From an uncultured Chloroflexia bacterium (GTDB lineage Bacteria; Chloroflexota; Dehalococcoidia; UBA2979), in assembly GCA_963728205.1 (NCBI GenBank), contig CAVSIV010000006.1, positions 1,216,001 through 1,280,000 on the forward strand: a stretch of 64,000 bases of DNA, written 5' to 3'. Under the pieces are notes generated by a model, which had not been told where the DNA came from, made no database searches, and saw only the letters and a list, made by a program, of their open reading frames with translations. Each line of letters opens with the position of its first letter. Within the stretch, counting starts at the first letter, position 1. Both the position numbers and the translations under genes were made by a program. Positions 8,356 through 19,175 of the stretch are shown in pieces.

Positions 8356-9051
8356 ATGCGCGCCGCCATCGTCGTGTTCCCCGGCACCTGGAGCGACGGC
8401 GACTGCGCCTGGGCGCTCGAGCGCCTTGGCGTGGAGACGCGACGCGTCTGGCACCGCGAGACCGAGCTGCACCGCGACGAGCTCGTCGTCCTCCCCGGCG
8501 GATTCTCCTACGGGGACTACCTGCGCTGCGGCGCGATCTCGCGGTTCTCGCCGGTGATGGGTGCGGTCCAGGCGCATGCCGCCGCCGGCGGTCTCGTCAT
8601 CGGGATCTGCAACGGCTTCCAGGTGCTGTGCGAGGCAGGCATGCTGCCCGGCGTGCTGATGCGAAACGACTCGCTGCAGTTCCGCTGCCAGGACACGTAC
8701 CTGGTCGCCGCCAACCACTCATCGCCATTCACGCGCGGCATCGCCCCCGGCCGCGCGCTCGAGATCCCGATCTCCCACGGCGAAGGGCGCTACTTTGCCG
8801 ACGCGGCAACGCTCGACCGGCTGGAGGACACCGACCGCGTCGCGTTCCGTTACGCCGACGCAGCCGGCCGCGTCACGCCGGAGGCGAACCCCAACGGCTC
8901 CGAGCGCAACATCGCCGGGATCCTCAACGAGCGCGGCAACGTGCTCGGGATGATGCCGCACCCCGAGCGCGCGTGTGAGCCGCTGCTCGGCAACGACGAC
9001 GGCAACGCGATCTGGCAGTCGATTCTCGATGCCGTCGCGGCCCCCGCCTGA
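8356..9051 (+). CDS. purQ: FGAM synthase glutaminase subunit
   Basis: 'VFPG', 'PGGFSYGDYLR', 'GICNGFQ', 'NPNGS', 'MMPHPER'. Confidence 0.97.
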   Translation: MRAAIVVFPGTWSDGDCAWALERLGVETRRVWHRETELHRDELVVLPGGFSYGDYLRCGAISRFSPVMGAVQAHAAAGGLVIGICNGFQVLCEAGMLPGVLMRNDSLQFRCQDTYLVAANHSSPFTRGIAPGRALEIPISHGEGRYFADAATLDRLEDTDRVAFRYADAAGRVTPEANPNGSERNIAGILNERGNVLGMMPHPERACEPLLGNDDGNAIWQSILDAVAAPA

Positions 9052-9052
9052 A

Positions 9053-9075
9053 CCGTCCCGGACGCGCCGGGACGG
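9053..9075 (+). terminator. Hairpin after purQ
   Basis: CCGTCCCGG-ACGCG-CCGGGACGG; no U-tract. Confidence 0.45.
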
Positions 9076-9208
9076 ATGCCTCTGCCTCAAGCCCTCGGAT
9101 CCGTCATGCTGGTGACGACCGTTCGCCACGCCGCGCGCTTGGCGCATCTGGCAGCACGTTCGTGTTCGTCATAGTGTGAACGCGCGGCGGGCGGTCAGGA
9201 GGCACGTC

Positions 9209-9799
9209 GTGACCGCATCCGCTCCCATCCAGCCCGCATACCCGGTGGTCTTCAACGTCGAGTACCCGGAGGACCCGGGCCGCTTCTCGATCCTGATCCG
9301 CTGGCTGCTCGCGATCCCGCAGTCGATTGTCGCCAGCATCCTCACGCGGCTCGCTCAGGTGCTGACGTTCTTCGCATTCTTCGTCATCCTCTTCACGAAG
9401 CGCTTCCCAGAGGGGATGTTCCGGCTCATCGTCGGCGCCTACCGCTGGCAGTACAACGTGACCGTCTACGCGCTGTTTCAGCCCCACCCGTACCCGCCGT
9501 TCTCGATGGACGCCGGCGCGTACCCGCACTTCCAGTACGACGTCATCCGGCGCGAGGAGTACAACCGCTGGCTCCCGCTCGTGAAGTGGCTGCTCGCGAT
9601 CCCGCACTACATCGTGCTGGCGTTCCTGGCATTCGTCGGCGTCTTCGTCGGATTCATCGCGGTGATCCTCGTGGTGCTCACCGGCAGGTTTCCGCGGTGG
9701 GCGTTCGACTACCTTGTCGGGCTCGGCCGCTGGTCGGCGCGAGTGACCGCATACGTGATGCTGCAGGTCGACGCGTACCCGCCGTTCTCGATGTGGTAG
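9209..9799 (+). CDS. DUF4389-like membrane protein (two internal repeats)
   Basis: Duplicated '(R/K)WLLAIP...(P/A)YPPFSM' module; AGGAGG RBS before GTG 9209. Confidence 0.8.
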   Translation: MTASAPIQPAYPVVFNVEYPEDPGRFSILIRWLLAIPQSIVASILTRLAQVLTFFAFFVILFTKRFPEGMFRLIVGAYRWQYNVTVYALFQPHPYPPFSMDAGAYPHFQYDVIRREEYNRWLPLVKWLLAIPHYIVLAFLAFVGVFVGFIAVILVVLTGRFPRWAFDYLVGLGRWSARVTAYVMLQVDAYPPFSMW

Positions 9800-9905
9800 C
9801 CGCGCGACCGGGGCGGCGCGGACGCGGCGGCGGCGCGACTCCCGCCTGACGGCGGGCGCTGGTACGCTGGCCGCTCTCCCCGCACCGCCCCGAGGAGCGC
9901 CCCCG

Positions 9906-12155
<2,250 letters not shown>

Positions 12156-12307
12156 CCGTCACGCGCGGCCGGCTCGCGGTGATCGCCCCCGCCGAGCGCG
12201 GGCTCGACCTCGCCCGCGCGGCGCGAGAGCATAGAGCACCACCCGAGCGGAGACGAGGAGCCCATGCGCACCGATCCGCGGATCCCACGGCCGGCGGTCC
12301 GCCGCCC

Positions 12308-13156
12308 GTGAACGTGCTGACAATCGTCATCGGCCTCGATCCCGTCGCGTTCCGGCTCGGGCCGATCGCCGTGCACTGGTACGGCCTCGGCTACGTGCTC
12401 GCGATCGCCGTCGCCGCCTGGGTCTCGCTGCGCATCGCACCGTACTTTGGTGCCGACACCGAGGAGCTGTGGAACGTCTTCCCGTGGGCGATCGTGACGG
12501 GCCTCATCGGCGGGCGTCTCTACTTCGTCGTCCAGAACGACCAGTCGTATTACCTGCACCACCCGCAGCACATCCTTGCGGCGTGGGAGGGAGGCATGGC
12601 GTTCTTCGGCGCGATCATCGCGGTGATCCTGACGATGATCGTGTTCGCTCGGGTGCGGGGGCTGTCGATGTGGCCGTTCCTCGATGTCGCCGCGATCTTC
12701 GCGGCGGTCGGGCAGCCGTTCGGGCGGCTGGGGAACATCGTGAACGGCGACATCGTGGGCTACCCGACGCACCTGCCGTGGGGCACCGCGTACACGAACC
12801 CGCACGCGCTGGCGCCGGCGTTGAACGTCCCGTACCAGCCGGCGGCCGTCTACGAGATCCTGTGCAACCTCGCGCTGATTGCGGTGCTGTGGTTCGTCCT
12901 GCGACGCTGGCGGCCCGCCGGTGCGGCGACGGCGCTGTACATCACCGGCTACGCGGTGACGCAATTCCTCGTGTTCTTCTGGCGCGCGAACAGCGTGACG
13001 GCGCTCGGGCTGAAGCAGGCGCAGCTCACGGCGCTCGTCGCGCTCGCGGCCGGGCTGGCGTTGCTGTGGTGGCGGTGGCGCGCCGCGGGTCGCGACGACG
13101 CGGCCGCCGGCGGTTCCGCTACGCCGGCGGGGCGGCCGGCGCGTCGAGGCACTTGA
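12308..13156 (+). CDS. lgt: Prolipoprotein diacylglyceryl transferase
   Basis: 'GPIAVHWYG', 'GGRLYFV', 'WEGGMAFFG', 'GRLGNIVNG'; GTG start inferred. Confidence 0.92.
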   Translation: MNVLTIVIGLDPVAFRLGPIAVHWYGLGYVLAIAVAAWVSLRIAPYFGADTEELWNVFPWAIVTGLIGGRLYFVVQNDQSYYLHHPQHILAAWEGGMAFFGAIIAVILTMIVFARVRGLSMWPFLDVAAIFAAVGQPFGRLGNIVNGDIVGYPTHLPWGTAYTNPHALAPALNVPYQPAAVYEILCNLALIAVLWFVLRRWRPAGAATALYITGYAVTQFLVFFWRANSVTALGLKQAQLTALVALAAGLALLWWRWRAAGRDDAAAGGSATPAGRPARRGT

Positions 13157-13604
13157 GCATGATCAGCGCGGGCTGTTCGGGGCCCCAGAACGCCGTCGTC
13201 TCTTCGAGCGGGGCGAAGCCCAGCGCGGTGTAGAAGGCGCGGGTCCGCCGGTAGCCCTCGTCCGGATCCGACGGGCCGAGCGTCTTCACCTGCACGAACC
13301 GCACGCCGTCCGCGCCCAGCCACGCCTCCACTGCCTCGAGCAGCCGCCGGCCGATGCCCTGTCGGTGTCGGTTGGGCAGCACGCCGAGCACGAGCAACTC
13401 CGCGCTCTCCGGGAAGTGCCGCCGGACGGTCATGAAGCCGACCGGCTCGCCGCCGTCGCGTGCGACGAATGTCGGCAGTGCTTCGATGTCGCGCACGTAC
13501 TGCCGGTTCGACTCCTCGAAGCCGAACCAGTGGGGGAGCGCGGCGAGAATGCCGGCACCAATCAGCCCCTGGCCCGCGAGCGGGCCGTCGATCGCGATGC
13601 TCAT
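13119..13604 (-). CDS. GNAT family N-acetyltransferase
   Basis: 'LPHWFG', acetyl-CoA motif 'HRQGIGRRL', 'RAFYTALGF'. Confidence 0.85.
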   Translation of the reverse strand: MSIAIDGPLAGQGLIGAGILAALPHWFGFEESNRQYVRDIEALPTFVARDGGEPVGFMTVRRHFPESAELLVLGVLPNRHRQGIGRRLLEAVEAWLGADGVRFVQVKTLGPSDPDEGYRRTRAFYTALGFAPLEETTAFWGPEQPALIMLKCLDAPAAPPA

Positions 13605-13640
13605 CGCGCGGCTCCTCTCTCGCGCAACGATACGACGCGC

Positions 13641-14129
13641 CTAGCGCACGACCAGCGTGACCCGGTACGCGCTCGCAGGAATCCCCCGGCCGGAGATTGG
13701 CTGCGGCGCGACGTCCTGGGCGGTCAGCGTGTACGGGCCGAACGCGGCGGTCGCGTCGCCCTCGCCGAAGCGCGCGGTGAGCGCGGAGGCGGTGCCCCCC
13801 GGGCTCGTCGCGGTGAAGTGGAGCGTGACATCGCCGGCGCGCACGCAGCTTGCGTTCGCCGGGCAGCGGGAGTCGGCCGTCGCCTCGACGAAGGCGAGAC
13901 GCCAGCCATCGACGCCGACGCCAACCGACTGGCCCGGCGCGAGCGTGAACGGCCTGCCCGGCGCGACGGCCATCGGCGCCGATGTCCCGCCGGTCGTGCC
14001 GGTCGCGGTGGGAGCCGGCGTGGCGTTGGCCGTGCCGCACGCGGCGGCGAGCGCGACGACGACGGCGAGCGCGGCAAGGGTGCCGACCGCGCGAGCCAGG
14101 TGGGAGGGAGCGTGGCGCATCGGGCGCAT
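13641..14129 (-). CDS. Secreted lipoprotein of unknown function
   Basis: Signal peptide with lipobox 'LAAAC', T/P-rich linker, and a beta-rich domain with 'DSRCPANASCVRAG'; AAGGA RBS. Confidence 0.7.
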   Translation of the reverse strand: MRPMRHAPSHLARAVGTLAALAVVVALAAACGTANATPAPTATGTTGGTSAPMAVAPGRPFTLAPGQSVGVGVDGWRLAFVEATADSRCPANASCVRAGDVTLHFTATSPGGTASALTARFGEGDATAAFGPYTLTAQDVAPQPISGRGIPASAYRVTLVVR

Positions 14130-14213
14130 CGGGGATCCTTTCGCTGCTTGCTGAGAGTCGGACGCCCGGCGCGGCGATTGCGTTCCCGGCCGGCGGGGCG
14201 GCGAGCCCTGGTA

Positions 14214-14252
14214 GAACATGTGTTTGACACGAGCGAACGCCTGTTCTACCAT
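14214..14252 (+). promoter_or_regulatory. Sigma70 promoter overlapped by two LexA (SOS) boxes
   Basis: TTGACA (14224-14229), 17-nt spacer, TACCAT (14247-14252). GAAC-ATGT-GTTT at 14214-14225 and GAAC-GCCT-GTTC at 14235-14246. Confidence 0.7.
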
Positions 14253-14318
14253 GGCCGCGCTCTTCCGTCGCCGTGTGGCGCGAGTTCCCGGGGGACGTGA
14301 TTGCGTCAGCGCAGGGCA

Positions 14319-14415
14319 GGTGGATACCCTTGGAGTTCATTCCACCCGGTTGTCCACGTCGTCCGAGTGCGATCCGGCACGAATGCCGACCGCTTTCGGA
14401 CAACCCTGTGAGTAA
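14319..14415. promoter_or_regulatory. Cluster of degenerate DnaA-box-like 9-mers
   Basis: TTGTCCACG (14350-14358), GGTGGATAC (14319-14327), TTCGGACAA (14395-14403), TGTGAGTAA (14407-14415); 1-2 mismatches to TT(A/G)TCCACA or its complement. Confidence 0.4.
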
Positions 14416-14492
14416 CTCGCACTCCCGTCGTCCGGGTCGGCCGCATAGTGACGGCAGTCCCGGCTCCGACACGCCGAGAGGGTCAGTCCGAA

Positions 14493-15131
14493 GTGAAGGT
14501 CGTGTTCCTGGAGACCGTTGAGGGATCGGGTGACATGGGCGAGGTGAAAACCGTCGCTCGTGGGTACGCCCGGAATTACCTGTTGCCGCGCGGCCTGGCC
14601 GCACCGGCAACCCCTGCCCTCCTCCGACGAGCCGAAAGGCTTCGCGAGGTGGAGGAGCAGCGGCAGCGGGATCAGGACGAGCGCGCTCAAGAGCTGCTCG
14701 GCAGGCTTGAGGGCAAGGCTCTGATCATGGCCGTTCGCGTCGGCGAGCAGGGGCGTCTGTACGGTTCTGTCACCAATGCGGACATCGCCGAGAAGGCTGG
14801 GGAGATTCTCGGCGAAGAACTGGACAGGCGCGTCATCCTGCTGCCCGAGGCGATTCGGAGCGTGGGGGTCTACACCGTTCCCATCCGGCTGTCACGTCAT
14901 GTGATACCGGAGGTCACGGTGGTCGTGGTGGACGTCGAGGCGCCGGAAGGCGTCGAGGCGGCTGCCGAGGCGCTGCTCAATCCGCCGGCTCCGCCGGAGG
15001 TGCGCGCAGCGTCGACCACTGGAGCGGAAGCCTCCATCGCCGCCGACTCCGAGGAGGCATCCTCGGAGACCCCGACCGCCGAAGGCGAGTCGGAGCCGGG
15101 CACTTCCGAGGAAGGCGCACCTCAGACGTAG
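14493..15131 (+). CDS. rplI: 50S ribosomal protein bL9 with acidic C-terminal extension
   Basis: 'GEVKTVARGYARNYLLPRGLA', 'GRLYGSVT'; GTG start. Confidence 0.95.
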   Translation: MKVVFLETVEGSGDMGEVKTVARGYARNYLLPRGLAAPATPALLRRAERLREVEEQRQRDQDERAQELLGRLEGKALIMAVRVGEQGRLYGSVTNADIAEKAGEILGEELDRRVILLPEAIRSVGVYTVPIRLSRHVIPEVTVVVVDVEAPEGVEAAAEALLNPPAPPEVRAASTTGAEASIAADSEEASSETPTAEGESEPGTSEEGAPQT

Positions 15132-15155
15132 CGGCGACACGAAGGAGGAGCGGGG

Positions 15156-16592
15156 TTGGTCATCGAAGGTCGCCCCGCCCCGATTCGCACCGACGTCCGT
15201 CCCGCCGGGGGCCTCCCGCCGCACGACGTCGCCGCCGAAGAGGCCGTGATCGCGGCTCTCCTCCTCGACGAGGACTCCTACGCGCGCGTCCTGCCCATCG
15301 TCCAGCCCGACGATTTCTTTCGCGAGCAGAACGCCTGGATCTACGAGGCCTGCCTCGCCCTCGGCGAGCGCGGCGAGCGGATCACGCTGCCGACCGTCGC
15401 GCACGAGCTCGACCGCGAGGGCCGGCTCGACCCTGCCGGCGGCGAGCCCTACCTCGTCGAGGTCTCCGGCAAGTACTTCACCGCCGTCGGCGTCGAGGCC
15501 CACGCGCGCATCGTCGCGCGCGATGCCCTCTACCGCCGCCTGATCGGCGCCGCGCAGCAAATCGCACAGCTCGCCTACGCGGGCGGGCCCGACGTGCGTC
15601 GCGTGCTCAGCCATGCCGAGACGCTGCTGCTCGGCATCCGCACCGCGGAGGCCGCCGGCGACTTCAAGCGGCTGCGCGAGCTGCTCGATGAGTTCCTCGA
15701 GCAGGCGGAGGAAGAGGAAGAGGGCGCGCTCGCCGAGTCGGTGCGGACCGGCTTCATGGACGTCGACGCGCTGCTCGGCGGCTTCAAGCGCGGGGACCTC
15801 GTGATCCTCGCCGCGCGCACCGGCGTCGGGAAGACGAGCCTGATGCTGAACTTCGCGCGCAACGCTGCGGTCGGTCAGCATGCGACCGTTGCGCTGTTCT
15901 CCCTGGAGATGGGCGGCGAGCAGTTGGCGACGCGCCTGCTCTCGGCCGAGGCCGACGTCGAGATGGCGCGCCTGCGGCTCGGCCGCCACAACGAGCAGGA
16001 GGAGCACCGCGTGATGCACGCTCACGGCGTGCTCGGCGGCACGAACATCTTCATCGACGACTCGGCCGTGCTGACGGTGCCGGAGATCCGCGCGAAGTGC
16101 CGGCGCCTGCAGACCGAGCACGGGCTCGACCTCGTGATCATCGATTACCTCCAGCTGCTGCACGGGGCCGGCCGCGCCGACACCCGCACGAACGAGATCT
16201 CGCAGATCTCGCGCGCGCTCAAGGAGCTGGCACGCGAACTGCGCGTCCCCGTGATCGCCGCGGCGCAGCTGTCGCGCGCGGTCGAGACGCGCCATCCGCA
16301 CATCCCGATGCTGTCCGACCTCCGCGAGTCGGGCTCGATCGAGCAGGACGCCGACATCGTCATGTTCATCTACCGCGAGGACGTCTACGTCACGCCGGAC
16401 GAGTGGCAGCAGCAGCATCCCGACGCACCGGGTGCGCAGAACCCGTCGGGGCTCGCGCAGATCATCGTGGCGAAGCACCGCAACGGCCCCACCGGCACGA
16501 TCACCGTGCGCTTCCGCGACCGCACCGCGTCGTTCCAGGACCTGCTGCTGCGCCCCGATCCCGCGTTCGACGACGAGTGGGACGGCGTCTAG
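15156..16592 (+). CDS. dnaB: Replicative DNA helicase
   Basis: 'PPHDVAAEEAVI', Walker A 'AARTGVGKT', 'FSLEM', 'IIDYLQL', 'LSDLRESGSIEQDAD', 'AKHRNGPTG'. Confidence 0.97.
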   Translation: MVIEGRPAPIRTDVRPAGGLPPHDVAAEEAVIAALLLDEDSYARVLPIVQPDDFFREQNAWIYEACLALGERGERITLPTVAHELDREGRLDPAGGEPYLVEVSGKYFTAVGVEAHARIVARDALYRRLIGAAQQIAQLAYAGGPDVRRVLSHAETLLLGIRTAEAAGDFKRLRELLDEFLEQAEEEEEGALAESVRTGFMDVDALLGGFKRGDLVILAARTGVGKTSLMLNFARNAAVGQHATVALFSLEMGGEQLATRLLSAEADVEMARLRLGRHNEQEEHRVMHAHGVLGGTNIFIDDSAVLTVPEIRAKCRRLQTEHGLDLVIIDYLQLLHGAGRADTRTNEISQISRALKELARELRVPVIAAAQLSRAVETRHPHIPMLSDLRESGSIEQDADIVMFIYREDVYVTPDEWQQQHPDAPGAQNPSGLAQIIVAKHRNGPTGTITVRFRDRTASFQDLLLRPDPAFDDEWDGV

Positions 16593-17353
16593 GTGACGCA
16601 GTCGGGCGGCGCGCCCGGCCCGGCGGGCCCGATCGGGGACGAGGCGTTCGCCGGCTTTCGCACGGGCGGGCTCTCGGTCGCGCTGCCGGCGGAGTTCTTT
16701 GTCGACGTGCTGCCGACGATCGAGGACGAGGCGGAGCTGCGCGTCACGCTGTACGCGCTCTACGCCATCGGGCGCGTGCGGGGCGAGCCGCGCGCGGTGC
16801 GCGCGAGCCGGCTCGCCGCGGAGGCGCCGCTCGCGCGCGCGCTCGCCGCGTGCGGCGGCGCCGATGCCATCCCGGCCGCGCTGCGCGCGGCCGCGCGGCG
16901 CGGCGTGCTGCTGGAGTGCGCGCTCGAGGACGGGGACGCCTGCTACTTCGTGCACAACGACGGCGGCCGCCGGCAGCGCGACCGCGTGCTCGCCGGCGCG
17001 CTCGCGCCGCCGGGCGGCGGCCGCGCCCGGCCGCCCGCGGAGCCTGCGCCGCCGCCGGGCCGGCCCGCGCTCACCTACGAAGCCGAGGAATCGGCCTGCT
17101 CACGCCGTCGATCACGACGGCCCTCCGTGAGGCGGAGGCGCGCTACCCCGCGACCTGGATCGTGGACGCCATCCACGAGGCCGTCGCGCACAACGCGCGC
17201 TCCTGGCGATACGCGGAGGCGATCCTCGAACGCTGGGAAGCGGAGGGGCGAGACGATGAAGCCGCTGGTGGACCTGCTGGGACCGCGCCGGGACGCGCAC
17301 GGCGCCCCGATCCCTACGGACGCGTCGTCCGACGCAGCTTCGACCCCGAGTGA
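16593..17353 (+). CDS. DnaD-domain primosomal protein (frameshift near 17086-17091)
   Basis: N-terminal part in one frame up to 'LTYEAE'. The DnaD domain 'IGLLTPSI...WIVDAIHEAV..NARSWRYAEAILERW' continues in another frame to TGA 17353. Confidence 0.8.
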
Positions 17354-18636
17354 GGGGGCCGCGCACCGCCGCGCCGGCGTCTGCCCGCTCTGCGACGGCG
17401 CGCGCTTCGTGCGCGTCACCGACGACCCCGAGCACCCGTCGTTCGGCCGCCCCGTCCCCTGCGAGTGCGCGCAGCGCGAGGACGTCGACGCGCGCCGCCG
17501 CCGGCTGCTCGCGTACTCGCGACTCGGCGCGCTCCAGCGCCTGACATTCGCGACGCTCGTGCGCGCCGGCCGCTCCTCCGAGCCCGCCGCGCAGCGCCGG
17601 TACGGTGCCGCCGTCGACGCCGCCGAGCGGTTCGCCGACGCGCCCGAGGGCTGGCTGGTGCTCACGGGCACGCACGGCGCCGGCAAGACGCACCTCGCCG
17701 CCGCGATCGCGAACCGCCGCATCGAGCGCGGCCACCCCACGCTCTTCCTCTCCGTCGCGGATCTGCTCGACCACCTGCGCGCGGCCTATCGCGACGATGC
17801 CGAGGTCGACTTCGACGACCTGCTCGACCAGGTGCGCACCACGCCGCTGCTCGTGCTCGACGACCTCGACGCGTACGCCGAGACCCCGTGGGCGCGCGAG
17901 AAGTTCTTCCAGGTCGTCTCGCACCGCTTCAACGCGGCGCTGCCCACCGTCTTCACGTGCGTGCGCCCGCCGACCCGAGATCGACCCGCGCCTGGGCACG
18001 CGCCTCACCGATCCGGCGCTCGCGCAGGTGCTCGAGCTCGACCAGGACGTCGGCCCGCGCTACTTCGCGGTCGGCGCGATGACGCGCGAGCGGCTCGAGC
18101 AGTTCACGTTCGAGCAGTTCCGGCCGGGCGGGCAGGGTCTGCGCGGGGAGTCGCGGCGCAACCTCGAGGGCGCGTTCCGGCTCGCCCGCCAGTGGGCGGC
18201 GGAGCCGGACGGCTGGCTCGTCTTCCTCGGCAAGAACGGCTGCGGCAAGACCCACCTCGCCGCCGCGATCGCCGGCTACCGGCATGCGCAGGGCGACGGC
18301 GTGGGCTTCGCGAACGTTCCGGACCTGCTCGACGAACTGCGCGCGAGCTATGCGCCCGACGCGAGCCAGCGTTTCGACACGCTCTTCAAGCGGCTGACGG
18401 ACGTTGCGGTGCTCGTGCTCGACGACCTCGGCGCACATCAGTCGAGCCCCTGGGCGGAGGAAAAGCTCTACCAGGTGCTGAACCACCGCCATCTCGCTCG
18501 GATGCACACCGTCGTCACGACAAATCGCGAGCTCAAGCAGATGGAGCCGCGCATCGCGTCGCGCCTCGCGGACCTCAAGACGTCGACCGTCTATGGGATC
18601 ACGGCGCCCGACTTCCGTACTGGCGGTATGCCGTAG
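17256..18636 (+). CDS. DnaC/IstB-like helicase loader with Zn finger and two tandem AAA+ domains (frameshift near 17974-17976)
   Basis: GGAGGGG RBS with ATG 17256; CPLC...CEC; Walker A 'GTHGAGKTHLA' and 'GKNGCGKTHLA'; two 'LVLDDL' Walker B motifs. An extra C in ACCC shifts the frame between the domains. Confidence 0.82.
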
Positions 18637-18647
18637 CATCGAGGCTC

Positions 18648-19175
18648 ATGGACGTCCCCGAGCTCAGCACCCAGCACCTCAAATTGCGCGGCTGGCGGCC
18701 CGACGACGTGGATGCACTCGCCGCGATCATGAGCGATCCGGACGTCACCCGGCACCTCGACGAGGCGCCCCGCGATCACGACGAGGTGGCAGGCCGCGTC
18801 GCCGAGTTCATCGCGGAGTGGCGCGCGCACGGGTTCGGCCGCTGGGCCGTCGAGGAGACGGCGACGGGGGCGCTGATCGGCCTGTGCGGCTTCCGGCGGT
18901 ACGACCGTGCGGTCGGGGACTTCACAGCCGTCATCGCGCGCGATCGACAGGGCCGCGGCCTCGGCTCGGAAGCCGCCCGCGCGGCGCTCCGGTACGCGTT
19001 CGAGGCGCTCAAGTTCCGACGCGTGCAGGCGGTGGTGCACCCCGCGAACCGGGCGGCGCAGCGCGTGCTCGAGAAGCTCGGCATGAGCCACACCGAGAGC
19101 GCGGTCCGCGCGCACGGGGTGCGCGTGATGGTCTACTCGCTGACCGAGCTCGAACGGCGGATGCGCGCGCGCTAG
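18648..19175 (+). CDS. GNAT acetyltransferase (RimJ/RimL family)
   Basis: 'LKLRGWRPDD', 'LIGLCGF', 'QGRGLGSEAA', 'NRAAQRVLEKLGM'; GAGG RBS with ATG 18648. Confidence 0.85.
   Translation: MDVPELSTQHLKLRGWRPDDVDALAAIMSDPDVTRHLDEAPRDHDEVAGRVAEFIAEWRAHGFGRWAVEETATGALIGLCGFRRYDRAVGDFTAVIARDRQGRGLGSEAARAALRYAFEALKFRRVQAVVHPANRAAQRVLEKLGMSHTESAVRAHGVRVMVYSLTELERRMRAR

Noticed and set aside
17256-18636. IstB-like ATPase as evidence of an IS21 element or prophage
   Set aside because: There is no IstA transposase, terminal inverted repeats or phage genes. The rplI-dnaB-dnaD context indicates a chromosomal helicase loader.
16593-19175. 860-aa ORF appearing to be a novel DnaD-ATPase-GNAT fusion
   Set aside because: It contains out-of-frame junk segments. 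The missing DnaD and second-ATPase parts lie in other frames, and the internal genes have their own RBS and ATG (17256, 18648).
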